Shown: positions 13,901-61,960 of the stretch, piece by piece
Position numbering within the stretch: the stretch's first letter is position 1
Layout of the letters: each line of letters opens with the position of its first letter
NCBI RefSeq assembly: GCF_001194135.2
Contig: NC_068985.1
Coordinates: 33,239,984 to 33,303,983, forward strand
From: Octopus bimaculoides
Lineage: Eukaryota
Direction of reading: 5' to 3'
DNA: 64,000 nt
Notes under the pieces: model-generated
Told to the model about the DNA's origin: nothing
What the model saw: only the letters and a program-made list of their open reading frames with translations
The model's database searches: none
Made by a program: the position numbers and the translations under genes

Positions 13901-15273
13901 TTACCAACCACTCATCCATCACCAGTTTCTGCATTGACCACAAGATAAGGGATTGAGGGACCCTGTCAAAGGCTTTCTCCGAGTCAACAAAAGCCAAGTA
14001 CAGAGGTTTATCTTTGGTTTAGTATTTCTCCTGCAGTTGCCTTACCAGAAATATAGCATCAGTGGTGCTTCGGCCTTGCACAAAGCCAAACTGCATCTCA
14101 TCTGGGTTAACTCTCTCCCTAATTAGTACTCTATGACCCTATTTGTAACTTTCATCACCTGATCCAATAATTTGATATCCCTGTAGTTATTTCTATCTAA
14201 AGCATCACTTTTAGCTTTGTAGCAGTTGACTATGATGCTGCTACATCAGTCATTGGATATGACTCCTTCATGAACTACCTGATTTACAATGCAGGTGACA
14301 AGACCATAACCCATTAATTTTAAGAACTTTTGATTCCAGCTTTTGCTTCCACCCCTGGAGTTTCTTTCATTATTATAATACAGATTCTGTTATAAGAACA
14401 AGGTCATCAGCATTTAGTAGTTCCCACTAGCAACTAGTCTGATATAGCCTGAAGGACTAAGACACATAGGAGGCTGAGAACCAGGCCTTAGTGAACTCCT
14501 GCATGTACACTAAATTTGTTGCTAACTCTCACCTTTCTAACAGTATCCTTGTACATGACTTGTATGGCTCTTACAAAGCATCCCTCTATCCTAAACTTCC
14601 TCAGTGACCACCATATCACAGAGCAAGGGACTCTGTTGAAGATTTTCTCTTAATCAACAAATGCCAAGCTTATTTTTGGCCAAATACTTCTGCAGTTGTC
14701 TAAGAAGATGGCATTAGTAATACTTCTCAACACAAAACCAAACTGCATCTCATTTACTCCAAATCTGCTCTTAATTAATTTGGCTATAACTCTTCCTGTA
14801 ACTTTCATGAGCTGGTCCAAGAATTTGATAACATTGTAATTACTTCTAAGGCATCTCCTTGTAAAATTTGGCTAAAATGCTAGTATACCAATCTGGGTAT
14901 GACACCTCTCTGTAAAACCTGATTAACTATACCAGTGACAATGCAATGATTCTTATGGAGAAGGAGCTTTTCCTGCCTTCATATCTTTAGTTTCTTTATC
15001 TACCATAATAGATGAGGACAGTAACTTTTTAATCATTTTTACAATTTTTTTATTAAATTTATACTGTAATTTTAATCCTGAAAGTCAATGAAAGTTTGTG
15101 AAACTTAAAAGCATAAAAAGAAATTAGTCTTTTTGTTTTCCTAAATTATTTTCTTTTTTTTTTCCATCTTTCAGATTGTTATAGCTGATGCTGCCAATCA
15201 TACTGAAATGCCAGTTGTACTACCACTATTACTGAATAACATCCAGGGTGTTTTTCTGTTTACTACACCATGA
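1826..15273 (+). CDS. 3' part (4 exons, about 231 aa visible) of a senataxin/Sen1-like SF1B helicase-derived protein with degenerate ATPase motifs; 5' exons lie before the window
   Basis: Phase-consistent exons 1826-1917, 9639-9812, 11377-11708, 15175-15273 with canonical AG/GT. Peptides ISSLIA, NKLVEQIFP, QIIVCSKEDSTLDAIANQL, IMRVADEK, ILANSHIIFCNIVTT, IVIADAANHTEMPVVLPLL follow the motif order of SETX as recalled. Confidence 0.7.
2504..3925 (-). mobile_element. RTE LINE, 5'-truncated and decayed, with (GAT)n tail
   Basis: GVHQGSALSPLLIIIVLQAITEEFESGCPWELLYADD in ORF 3419..3682; tail at 2504-2660. Confidence 0.9.
4754..5030 (+). mobile_element. tRNA-headed SINE (family with gcaagtgtcttc...gaaactgaaagaagccc core), truncated by the RTE insertion
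   Basis: Same family as 17620-18005, 46903-47293 and 49167-49563. Confidence 0.7.
5031..6266 (+). mobile_element. Young RTE LINE 3' fragment (RT C-terminus, long 3' UTR, GAT tail)
   Basis: GDQVSSEGGCAESVAARIRIAWAKFRELLPLL...; RT stop at 5594; near-identical to the 63.1-63.96 kb copy. Confidence 0.93.
7354..9095 (-). mobile_element. Small Gypsy-type LTR element (two ~350-bp LTRs, tRNA-Trp-type PBS, PPT, 4-bp TSD); interior mostly in an assembly gap
   Basis: LTRs about 8744-9095 and 7354-7697 start TGTAGT and contain AATAAA; PBS TGGTGACCCCCGACG at 8740-8726; purine-rich GGCAAGGGAGCTC before the 3' LTR; TSD ctca at 7350-7353 and 9096-9099. Confidence 0.88.
7906..8600. other. Assembly gap (695 N)
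   Basis: Run of N. Confidence 1.
9639..9812 (+). CDS. SETX-like gene internal exon (VEQIFPEQIEKY...QIIVCSKEDSTLDAIA)
   Basis: cttttcag acceptor, A|GTAAGT donor, phase 1-1, motif Ia-like segment. Confidence 0.8.
10005..10385 (+). mobile_element. tRNA-derived SINE (second family)
   Basis: A-box TGGCCCAGTGG and B-box-like GTTTTGATTCC head followed by repeat body. Confidence 0.65.
10785..11140 (-). mobile_element. RTE 3' end relic
   Basis: GTPRKTWYEVLKNDFRTLNLS peptide plus family tail. Confidence 0.8.
11377..11708 (+). CDS. SETX-like gene internal exon (NQLKIQQILKNCIMRVADEK...NSHIIFCNIVTT...KKKM)
   Basis: catttccag acceptor, ATG|GTAGGT donor, 332 nt open, motif Ib-like segment. Confidence 0.82.
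12340..14300 (-). mobile_element. RTE LINE, about 2 kb, decayed
   Basis: AFVDSEKAFDRVP; KLEVVDSFRYLGDQVCSGGG..AARIRIAWAKFRELLPLL; GAT tail at 12340-12360. Confidence 0.92.
14300..15000 (-). mobile_element. Older RTE RT relic adjacent to the previous copy
   Basis: Repeats the same RT region (ELLNADDLV-like, QFGFV) with more decay. Confidence 0.7.
15175..15273 (+). CDS. SETX-like gene terminal exon (IVIADAANHTEMPVVLPLLLNNIQGVFLFTTP*)
   Basis: Long polypyrimidine tract plus ttcag acceptor, phase 0, tandem TGA TGA, AT-rich UTR-like sequence with AATAAA at 15683-15688. Confidence 0.75.
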   Translation: MVIADAANHTEMPVVLPLLLNNIQGVFLFTTP

Positions 15274-15789
15274 TGAATTCATTTTATTCAAAATGATATA
15301 TAATTTTGCTTCTTAATTCAATTTTCTATAAGTTTTCTTGAATATATTTTCCTTTCTAAAAAACAACATGAACTGATTAAATAATTATCTCTAAAAAGAC
15401 CAAACTGATGTATCTATTATAAAAGATGTTAGTCTTCTGGAATTAGTATTCAAATATTAATATTATTTTTATGTTTTGAAAAACTCTTCAATTTTATTAT
15501 ACATTTGTAGAATGAGTAATATCATTAGTGGTAAAGGAAATATTCTAAATGTAAAATATTTTTAAAAACTGAATTTTACCCCTATTTTAAAACAAAACGT
15601 TTGTAACAAAATTTCAATCTATTCTCAAAATATTCACTGGTGTTTGAAAATTTTTCAAAATTTTAAAATATTAATCAATGGAAATAAAATTTTTAAATAT
15701 TCATTTCTTTCCATATCTACCCATACTCGGTGCAAAAGTTCAAGCATCTCTATGAATTTTTGAGATAAGTTTTATACTCTCAGTCAAAT

Positions 15790-16162
15790 AAGTACTTATT
15801 TTCTGAATAGTGAAGTAATGTGGAAGAGAGAGACCCAAGAGGATATGGGATGAAGTACTGAAAGCTGATCTCAAAATACTGAACCTTGTGAAGGAGATGG
15901 CAAAAGACCAAGATATGTGGCACATTGCTGTACTCAAGAAAACCTGCCCACCACAACAGAATTGAGATCTTAAGACCAAGGTGCGATGTAAAAAGCACCC
16001 AGTACTCTCTGTAAAGTGGTTAGCATTAGGAAGGGCAGGCATCCAGCCACAGAAACCAAGTCAAAACAGACTTATATAATCTGGTGCAGCCCTTGGCCTT
16101 GCCAGTTCCTGTTAAGCTGTCCAACCCATGCCAGCATGGAAAATGGATGTTAGATGATGATG
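15790..16162 (+). mobile_element. RTE 3' end relic between the two convergent stop codons
   Basis: ggaagagagagacccaagaggatatgggatgaagtactg (GRGRPRKTW-like) and tail ending gatgatgat. Confidence 0.8.
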
Positions 16163-16323
16163 AATGTATTGCATTCAATGACTATAAAATAGATTAAACT
16201 CATAATTTTATACTGTCAAATTTTAAACATATTTACCTCTTACCTACTTTGCGACTATACTACATTTTAAAAACAACAATGAATATTTTCTTTAAAAAGA
16301 ATACAATAAACTTTATCGAAAAA

Positions 16324-16329
16324 TTTATT
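16324..16329 (-). terminator. Candidate SEL1L polyadenylation signal AATAAA
   Basis: First AATAAA on the minus strand, about 70 nt past the stop; AT-rich context makes it uncertain. Confidence 0.35.
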
Positions 16330-16400
16330 TACACATATATTTACAATATCCTCAAATAAATTTTGTCCATCATATAGAAAAGACGTGAGCAAAAGCAACG

Positions 16401-53517
<37,117 letters not shown>

Positions 53518-53634
53518 TGTATCAGCTGGGAAAATCAGGAACTCTAAAGAAAAATAGATATAAAATTTATATACAATATATTAAAAATATATATATATAT
53601 ATGTTAATGTTATAATTATTTGCCAGATTCAATA

Positions 53635-53975
53635 GAATCAAGGTATTTTAATAACAAAGGCACCAAGGTAGAGTCAAGGACAGCATACTCATATATCAAC
53701 AGTGTGTACAGACTCATGTACTTACTAGAGCATATAGGAATTTGTCCTTCCAGTCACACATACATCCACAAGTATTGACCAAGTACACTCAATGTATACG
53801 TAAAATCACATGAGTATATTCCAGCATGCAGTCCGTGGTCCACTGTAGGCTCAAGATCCAATGCAGGGAAGGTTCCAAGTGTGGTGTAATATAAATGAAA
53901 ATGCAAATGGGCTGAGGTTCTCTACAGCTGTTTCAGATGCATTTTTTATTGATGAGCAAATCAATTACAACCTGT
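53635..53975. repeat. Dispersed repeat, possible Penelope-like terminal repeat; homologous to 60915-61230
   Basis: Shared aaggcaccaaggtagagtc...aaatggg...tacagctgtttcaga...tttattga. Confidence 0.55.
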
Positions 53976-54431
53976 AAAAAAACGTTTTCTTTGGTGACTT
54001 ATAATTAAAATCAAATTTAATATTTAGGATTTTTCACACAAAGAGTATAGAATGCACATTAACCTTCACATCTCAGTGCTGGCCGAAAGAGAAATGTTAA
54101 AATTAATTTTAATTCACCTGAAAAAAATGTTTTTTACATGATGTATATATTATATCTATATATATTTTAGACATCAGTGTAAAAGAAACAGTCATATCCA
54201 CATGCAATTCTCTTTACACACAGAAGTTTTATCGACTAAATAGCCAAGCAGTTACCTTAAACTTAGACAGATGAATCATTTGTAAGCACAGAATACATAC
54301 AAAATATTAGCTTAAGAATAGTATCTAATCCCCAGAAAACAAATTGGTTTCATTCCTTTCTTTATTGATGAACTAATCTAACACCATTTACTGTGCTTGT
54401 TCCAGAATCCTTTATTGAATCACACTCCATA

Positions 54432-54659
54432 TTAATCCTTTAGCATTCAGATTACTCTGTCAAATGTAATACTTATTTATTCACACTGTTTTGAATTAAT
54501 CATACATCATCTTTGAGCTTTGAGATCTCAACGATGTGATTGTTTAATTTTAGAGTGACCTTATTGGTTAGGTGTGAGAGGTTGGATCTGACCAGTTTGA
54601 ACATAAAACAGGCAGAATATTTGAGCTAGATATGGCCAGTATAAATGCAAAAGAGTTAA
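54432..54659. mobile_element. piggyBac-type MITE family A (decayed)
   Basis: ttaatcctttagcatt...aatgcaaaagagttaa. Confidence 0.75.
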
Positions 54660-56519
54660 TAGAGTATGAAATATCATTTAAAAGCCTACAGAATTGATTA
54701 TGTATTTTGCTTGCTATGAATATTGTGTTATTTAATTTTGCCAGGTGGTATTCTCAGTTTACCCTTAAGTGTTATTGTTTGCTTGAGATATAAATCTATC
54801 TTGCTTTGGTTTATTGTTTCTTCTACACTAATACCAAACTGTGCAGCAGTTACAGGAGACATTATTGTGTTTGCCTCACAAAGCAGATGGCCTAAGAAGT
54901 TTTCCTGAGTTAAAGATTGTTCAATGACTCAAAAGCATGTTGCTTAAAAATGCTATAATAGAACCCTTATTCAATAAATCATGACCATATTTTAATGTTT
55001 GTTTTTCCATGCTCGCATAGTTCAAATGGAATTTGCTAAGGCAGGCTTTTCTTGCCTGGATGCCCTTCCTGTTGATAACCTTCAACTGCTTTCAAGCAAG
55101 GTATTATTTCTCCATGGACAGATATGTTTTACATGGAAACTGGAAACAAAAACGCTTGTATAATAGTGATACTCATTCACAATTGATCACCATATTTGAT
55201 AATTACAACCTTTTTTATGACCTTATCTATATAGGTTTTCAAGAGTTTTAGCCTCAATACATCAACCAATTTGATAAACAGTCACATTATCTCATTCCTA
55301 ACATGTTCAATTGCTCTCCAAAAGATAGCACAAGTTGTCATAATTCCATATAGAAAACATGCCCATCTGATAAGACCCAGGAACTTCTTAAAGACTTTTG
55401 TTAATTAGTTACCTTAGCTTCACTTCACTAATAGTTTAATGTATATTGCTAATGGTCTTGTCTCAAAATAGCTTGAATTGATACTTCCTTTGAGAAGAAT
55501 GTACACCTTAAAATTTTTCAATATCTCAAATTGACCTGTAGCTTCAATCATAAATTACTGTTAAATTATTGACATTCAAGTCCATACTAGCATGATATTG
55601 TGGGTTTTTTTAATGAACAGCAACCAAAATATTCACACCCTCAATTCTCTTATCAATTTCCATTAATGTGTCTAATTTTCCAAAAATTTTAAAGACTGAT
55701 CCACCAATTTGTTTTGAATCACACTTTCTTAATTTTGGTTTATTTAAATTTACCGAAAATTTCTGAGGTATGTTAAAGTTGACTACAAATTCACAATAGC
55801 CACCCCTGCATATCTCTCACAGCCATCTCTGACAATGCACATTCCCTTACTCCCTCTCACCCCACATATCATCTACTTAATTTCTTATCAACCTACAGGT
55901 TTATCATACTGCTGCTCTCCACCCCCACCACCATATACTGACATTTATCATCCACTATATTCACCCCATCTCTCGTGATCTGTCAATTTCCTCTCACACT
56001 TAGGAATTTACCCACCCATCCTTCCCATTCCTTCTCTGTATTCTCTCTTATACTCACCTTTTTATACCTTGTAAGTACTCTGACACCTTTTTACCACCAT
56101 ATTTATCTTCCTTCTACTTACTCCCACTTTTATGTAATGCTGGGAAGTGATGTTTCTCCTCCATAGCAAGACACCTGAACCTGCTCCTTATAGCCTTACA
56201 ACATCTGGCATAAAGCCATCTCCCTCTCTACTATCTCCTCCTTCCTAAGCCACACTTATTCTTTCACCTTACCCCCACCACTCCTATTTGCTACAGACCA
56301 CACCTTAACCCTTGTTCCACTTATTACATTTAGCTCTACACCCCTCTCTAAGAATCTACTACCATCCTCTCTCATTCTGATGAACTAACTTATCCATCCA
56401 CTCTTCCTTATTCTTTGTCCACATTCCCTATATTTACATTCTTGTATCTTGAAAGTACGCTCCGCTCCGATACCTCATCACCTACCATCATTACCCTCAT
56501 TCCATCTAACCTGCACCCA

Positions 56520-58350
56520 CCCTTATGTAATGCAGGCTAGCCATGTATCTCTTCTATAGCAAAACACTGGTGTTATCCAGAAAAGACATTCCCTTGCTGT
56601 TGCCACACTCTGAACAGTCTCCTTTGTGCTTGTAGATTGTGACAATATTGAAGAGTTTTCACTTGTCAGGTATAGTCTTCCCCTGCCAACAGAAGAAACA
56701 AAGAGTGAAGATGGTATGTGAGGCCCACCATACTTGTAAATCTCACCTGGGATCCCATCATCACTGGGAGACTTCTTGCTTTTGAGACTGCAGATGGCCA
56801 ATTAGACTTCATCAAGTGTTGATGGGGTTGTCAAATTCTATTAAGACAGGAAAATTTGGAATCTCTTCAACTGCCATGGAGTCTGTGGGGCTGATCCAAT
56901 TCAGAAGTTCTTGAAAATGTTTGGTCCACCTATGAAGTATTGCACCTTTCTCTTTCAATAAGGTGCCTTTAGATGATCTCACTGGATCAGTCACCTCTCT
57001 GCACGGGCTGAAGATTCTCTTAATCAAGTCAGGGAATTCATGTTTTGTTCTCGTTTGCAAAACATTGAATTTCTTCCACCTTTCAAAGCCACCAATTGTT
57101 TTGAACATTCCTGATGACACAAACATCCTTCCATTTTTGATGCAGGGCTACAGAGCCTGGGTTGGTTAGAACAGCATCATAGAGCTTGTTTTTCTCAGAT
57201 AGGAAAGGTTGTATGATCTTGGCTGATTCATCAAACCAGTTGGGGTTTTGATGTATAGTTGTCCCAAGGGTTGTCTTGGCAGTGTCTTGTAGAACATTGC
57301 ATCCCAGAGGCTGTTGATGTCCTCTTTGGTGAGTTCAGCAACTGGAAAACCCGGGTAAGGTAGGAGCTAATCTTGAATTCTGCATTGAAGCTGAGTACGT
57401 TTCTCAGAATTTGAGAGGGCAGCAATGTCAAGATAAGGAAAGGGCTGTGATTTTGGGATTGGAGGCCTCAGAGTCAGATGAAGGAGAGATCTGATTGTTC
57501 AGTGGTCTGTTCAAAATTTAGCATCCCTCAGACATCTTTATAATCCCTTTGTTGAACAATCACACAGTCAAGAAGGTACCAGGATTTGGATTGAGGATGC
57601 ATCCAGAAAACCGAGGACTGTTGGGAGCTGGAAAACTGCGCTGGTAATGACTAGTCCATGTTGGGAGCAGAGAGAAGATGATGGCCACTGGCATTCATTT
57701 TCCCAACACCACTATGACCAATAACATCAGGCCAAATGAGATGACTTTGACCCTGGTATTGAAATCTTAGAGCAGAATGTTATCATTCTAGGGTATCCTT
57801 CAGGTGACGCTGTCCAGAGATATGCAGAACCTGCCCTTGGCTTTTTCAGGAAATGGATCAAAGTTTGTGCAAAGATTTGTTTCTAGTGATGAGAAAGGCA
57901 GGCAATCTTTTACCATTAGTCATCACTTATCCGGGACTGGTCCAGTGGCAAGGTGACTCAGGGTAACTGGGTTGGAGACAAGCTGCTGCGAGCTGTCACA
58001 TCCACAGTATGTAGTGCGACCCCTTTACAGCTAGCCCATTTGGCTTTGTCCTTTGTGTAGCTAATAGCAGCACAAAACACACAACTTGCCGTCAAATGTC
58101 AAACAGACGAAGAGGGTGCATGACCTGGGCAGCAGCCAAATACTGGAGCAGACACTGTTCTGGGTCTGATGAAAGAAGATAAACCACAGCTTAGTCGACA
58201 TGCTGGGACCCTAATAGGTGCTACTACTCCAGATCAGAGTAAACTTGGGAACAATAGTGGTTAAGAGGTGATTCCACACTCCTCAAAACACTGGAACTCT
58301 TATACCAGGGCCCCACAGCTGAGTGTAGAATTTGTAGTGAAAAAGTCTTC
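56520..58350 (-). mobile_element. Second RTE lineage (BovB/AviRTE-like), internally deleted, with 5' UTR, endonuclease and RT start remnants
   Basis: NASGHHLL..QHGLVITS..FQLP, WMHPQSKSWYLLDCVIVQQR, ILHRWTKHFQELLN, KSPSDDGIPGEIYKYGG. Confidence 0.85.
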
Positions 58351-60390
58351 GTGACTGGGGAGAGGAGTTTTGGAAAATTCACACGAGTTGATTTTGTTTC
58401 CTAGTAACTTTCAGAAAAATAGGTATATTTTAATGAAATTTTCTATAATATACTTTTAAAAGTGTGTAGATTACGATTATGCAGGAATTTAATATATAAA
58501 CAAAAATGGTGGAATCGTACACCTACATACCGATACACGTCACATATCTACAAAATGAAACTTGAAATTTCGAAAAAAATCGTGTCAGTATGTATGTGTA
58601 CGTGTTCACCATTTTACTTTTGCTTATTAAATAACGATTTAATCATAATTTACACACTTTGAAAGGTATTTGTAGAAAATATCAGTAAAATTACCCATTT
58701 TACCAAAAGTTATGAGGAAACAAAACCAATGCCTGTGAATTTTCCGAAACTCCTCACTCTACCGTCGGATTTTTTTCCCACACAAAATTCCGGTATAATC
58801 TGAATCTACAGCATCTGAAGCGTATTTGTAGGAAACTGCATTGAAAAATATCCGTGTTTCTGGAAGTTACGAGATAACAAAGCCGGTGGTGGGCACACAT
58901 GTGAAAGTATGCTAAAAGGAAAATGTTATGTTATGCGCACAAAGTATATGAAAAGAAAAAAATAAATATTAAATTGTAAATGCAATTACAGAAAGATAGG
59001 GGGATACAAAATAAAACGTGGAGTCTGTCTCTCCGCAAAAATGATTCATAAAACACAAAAAAGCTGTCCAAGGAAAAGGTTTAAAATCTGATACACTAAT
59101 AGAAAAAAAAAATTTCTCTGTTAAAATACGATAGTTTGATCTCGTTTGGAATTACAGCACAATGTTTGTTTTGATTCTGAAGTGGATTTAATGAGTGTGG
59201 ATAAGACAGTGATAAAGCTCTAGCAATAAGTATTGGCGTGAAATTATCGAATTTGGCGATCTTTCGATTAAAGTAGGAAGTCTATCAAAATTTCCAGTTG
59301 ATTTGTTCGGCAATTTTCGTAAATAATTTTTATTTATTTACTCTTGTTTTCATGTCCAGTTTAAAGCCGACAATTGCTCTGAAGTCTGTAAGGGAGGTGA
59401 AAAGTGAAACACACGCCCCCCCCCCCACACACACACCAATTATCTTTCATATACACCTACATAAATATGGCGGAGGTCAAGATCACTTTGCGATTTTTTT
59501 TTTTTTTNNNNNNNNNNNNNNNNNNNNNNNNNNNNNNNNNNNNNNNNNNNNNNNNNNNNNNNNNNNNNNNNNNNNNNNNNNNNNNNNNNNNNNNNNNNNN
59601 NNNNNNNNNNNNNNNNNNNNNNNNNNNNNNNNNNNNNNNNNNNNNNNNNNNNNNNNNNNNNNNNNNNNNNNNNNNNNNNNNNNNNNNNNNNNNNNNNNNN
59701 NNNNNNNNNNNNNNNNNNNNNNNNNNNNNNNNNNNNNNNNNNNNNNNNNNNNNNNNNNNNNNNNNNNNNNNNNNNNNNNNNNNNNNNNNNNNNNNNNNNN
59801 NNNNNNNNNNNNNNNNNNNNNNNNNNNNNNNNNNNNNNNNNNNNNNNNNNNNNNNNNNNNNNNNNNNNNNNNNNNNNNNNNNNNNNNNNNNNNNNNNNNN
59901 NNNNNNNNNNNNNNNNNNNNNNNNNNNNNNNNNNNNNNNNNNNNNNNNNNNNNNNNNNNNNNNNNNNNNNNNNNNNNNNNACATACAAAAAAGATGTATA
60001 TATATTTATGTAAGTGCATACGAGTGTTTCACTATTCAACTCATGGACATGAAAATCAATGTGTGTGTGGGCCTGTGTTTCACTTTTCACTTCCCTCACC
60101 AACTTCAAGGGCAAATGTCGGCTTCAACCGGACATGAAAATAAAAATAAATAAAAATTCTTTACGGAAATTGCCTAACAAATCAACTGGGAATTTTGATA
60201 AACTTCCTACTTTAATCGAAAGATCGCCACGAGCTTAACTGTGTGATAACGTTTTTAAAACTCAGAGCTTCAATTGCATTAACAGTTATTGCTATTTTCG
60301 TTAAGCATCGGGTCGACTCTTAACGAGAAAGATGCATGACAAATGTTTCATCCGTGACCATCACTTTTTTTTTTACTATAGTATATATAG
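58350..60390. repeat. CpG-retaining unclassified repeat (possibly Helitron-like non-autonomous) with an internal ~190-bp inverted repeat
   Basis: Arms 59254-59450 and 60049-60229; hairpin cgttaag..cttaacg at about 60299-60325; classification uncertain. Confidence 0.4.
59508..59980. other. Assembly gap (473 N)
   Basis: Run of N. Confidence 1.
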
Positions 60391-60472
60391 TTTAAGGAAG
60401 ATTTAGCTGCTATTTCGAGCAGGTCGAAGGACCACGTAAAGGCTGGCGTTAATCCTTCTATTTGATCCTTAC

Positions 60473-60680
60473 TTTGGAACTTTGCTCTCTTGAACCTGGA
60501 ATTACTGAACTTCTTGGTGTTGGCCTGTTAATTTACAAATTCAGGTATTTAATAACAGCAACGTCCATTCTTCAATTATTCAATGTCAACACACGATAAA
60601 GCTTATCTGTGGTACAATATTCGTTGTATTTCTCTCTCGCCATACATAAGGCCAAAACGAAAATTGGTGGCCCTTCACAC
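60473..60680 (-). other. Candidate non-coding first exon of SEL1L (5' end approximate) with two short uORFs
   Basis: The ATG exon has an acceptor just upstream, so a UTR exon is expected. Non-repetitive, CpG-containing island with a good donor AAA|GTAAGG at 60473/60472. Confidence 0.4.
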
Positions 60681-60914
60681 TTGCACTCGAAGTGGTGACC
60701 GTCTGTTCCACTTATACATATAGGCATGTGAGTATGGTTAAGAAGCTTGCTTCATGACTATGTAATTTCTGGATCAGTCCCACAGCATTATATCTTGAGC
60801 AAGTGCTACAGTCATGGACTAACCAATGTTTTGTAAGTGGATTTGACAGAAACTGTATAAAGTCAATCACACACACACACACATTATATATATAAATTTT
60901 CTGGATTCGAAAGA

Positions 60915-61397
60915 ATCGGGTATTTAAATAGTAAAAGCACCAAGGTAGAGTCAGGGATAGTGCACCTGTGTACCAACAATGTATACTAACATACGTACTT
61001 CTTTAAGTAGATACAAATTTACCCTTGCAGTTATGCATACTTCACAAGTAACTGAATACACGTGTCATCAAAGTCATACAGGGATACACTCACTGCACGT
61101 ATTCCACTTCGACTATAGACATCAGATCCAAACGTATGGAAGGTTCCGAGTTAGGTGGAGAATAAATAACACAAATGGGTGCAGTTCACTACAGCTGTTT
61201 CAGACGTGTTCTTTATTGACGAACCAAAATTATTCAACCTGGCACTATATCCTGTTTTGTAAGAAGTTTTTATTGTTAATTCATATATGTATTCACCTGA
61301 TGAAAACAGGGGGGGGGGGTGCATGATGTAACACTTGTTTATCATTAAAGAATACGTCTCAAACAGCTGTAGTGAACTTGCAACCCATCTGTGTTAT

Positions 61398-61400
<3 letters not shown>
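60915..61400. repeat. Possible Penelope-like terminal relic with a ~45-bp inverted repeat
   Basis: acaaatgggtgcagttcactacagctgtttcagacgtgttctt (about 61170-61213) versus aagaatacgtctcaaacagctgtagtgaacttgcaacccatctgt (about 61348-61392). Confidence 0.5.
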
Positions 61401-61429
<29 letters not shown>

Positions 61430-61430
61430 A

Positions 61431-61600
61431 TCATCATCATCATCATCATCGTTTAACGTCCGCTTTCCATGCTAGCATGGGTTGGACGATTTGACTGAGG
61501 ACTGGTGAAACCGGATGGCAACACCAGGCTCCAGTCTGATTTGGCAGAGTTTCTACAGCTGGATGCCCTTCCTAACGCCAACCACTCAGAGAGTGTACCA
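61431..61600 (-). mobile_element. Young RTE-family 3' tail
   Basis: (CAT)n-cgtttaacgtccgctttccatgctagcatggg..., nearly identical to the reverse complement of 63820-63960. Confidence 0.88.
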
Positions 61601-61960
61601 ACCATATAATTTGTAGAAATACATAAATCTAGGGGAGAAGCACACTCTAAGATGTAGAGCAGCTGAATCCGCAAGGTGACACTACAGCCGGAGGCCAATA
61701 GCCAAGGCTGAATGGAGACAATCGGTTACCTTAGTGGTTCTTTCGTGGCAGCATAGCCGAAGCTTGATGACTGATAGCGAAGGGAGATAATCACCTAGTG
61801 TTTACTTTTATAGAGGCATTTCCCTCTCCACATTTTGAAGGGGTCTTAGGCCAGTAGTGTTTGGGGTCTGAAGATACGCTGTAAGGCTAAACCCCTTATG
61901 AGTGAGAAGCCCAGGGCAACCCCATAAACCGGCCCCCATTACAATATATATATCCTAATT

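Noticed and set aside
60400-60720. ERSE/UPRE elements for SEL1L (CCACG at 60432, CCAAT near 60665 minus)
   Set aside because: No CCAAT-N9-CCACG or ATTGG-N-CCACG geometry, and the CCACGT lies in a dispersed repeat also seen near 30450.
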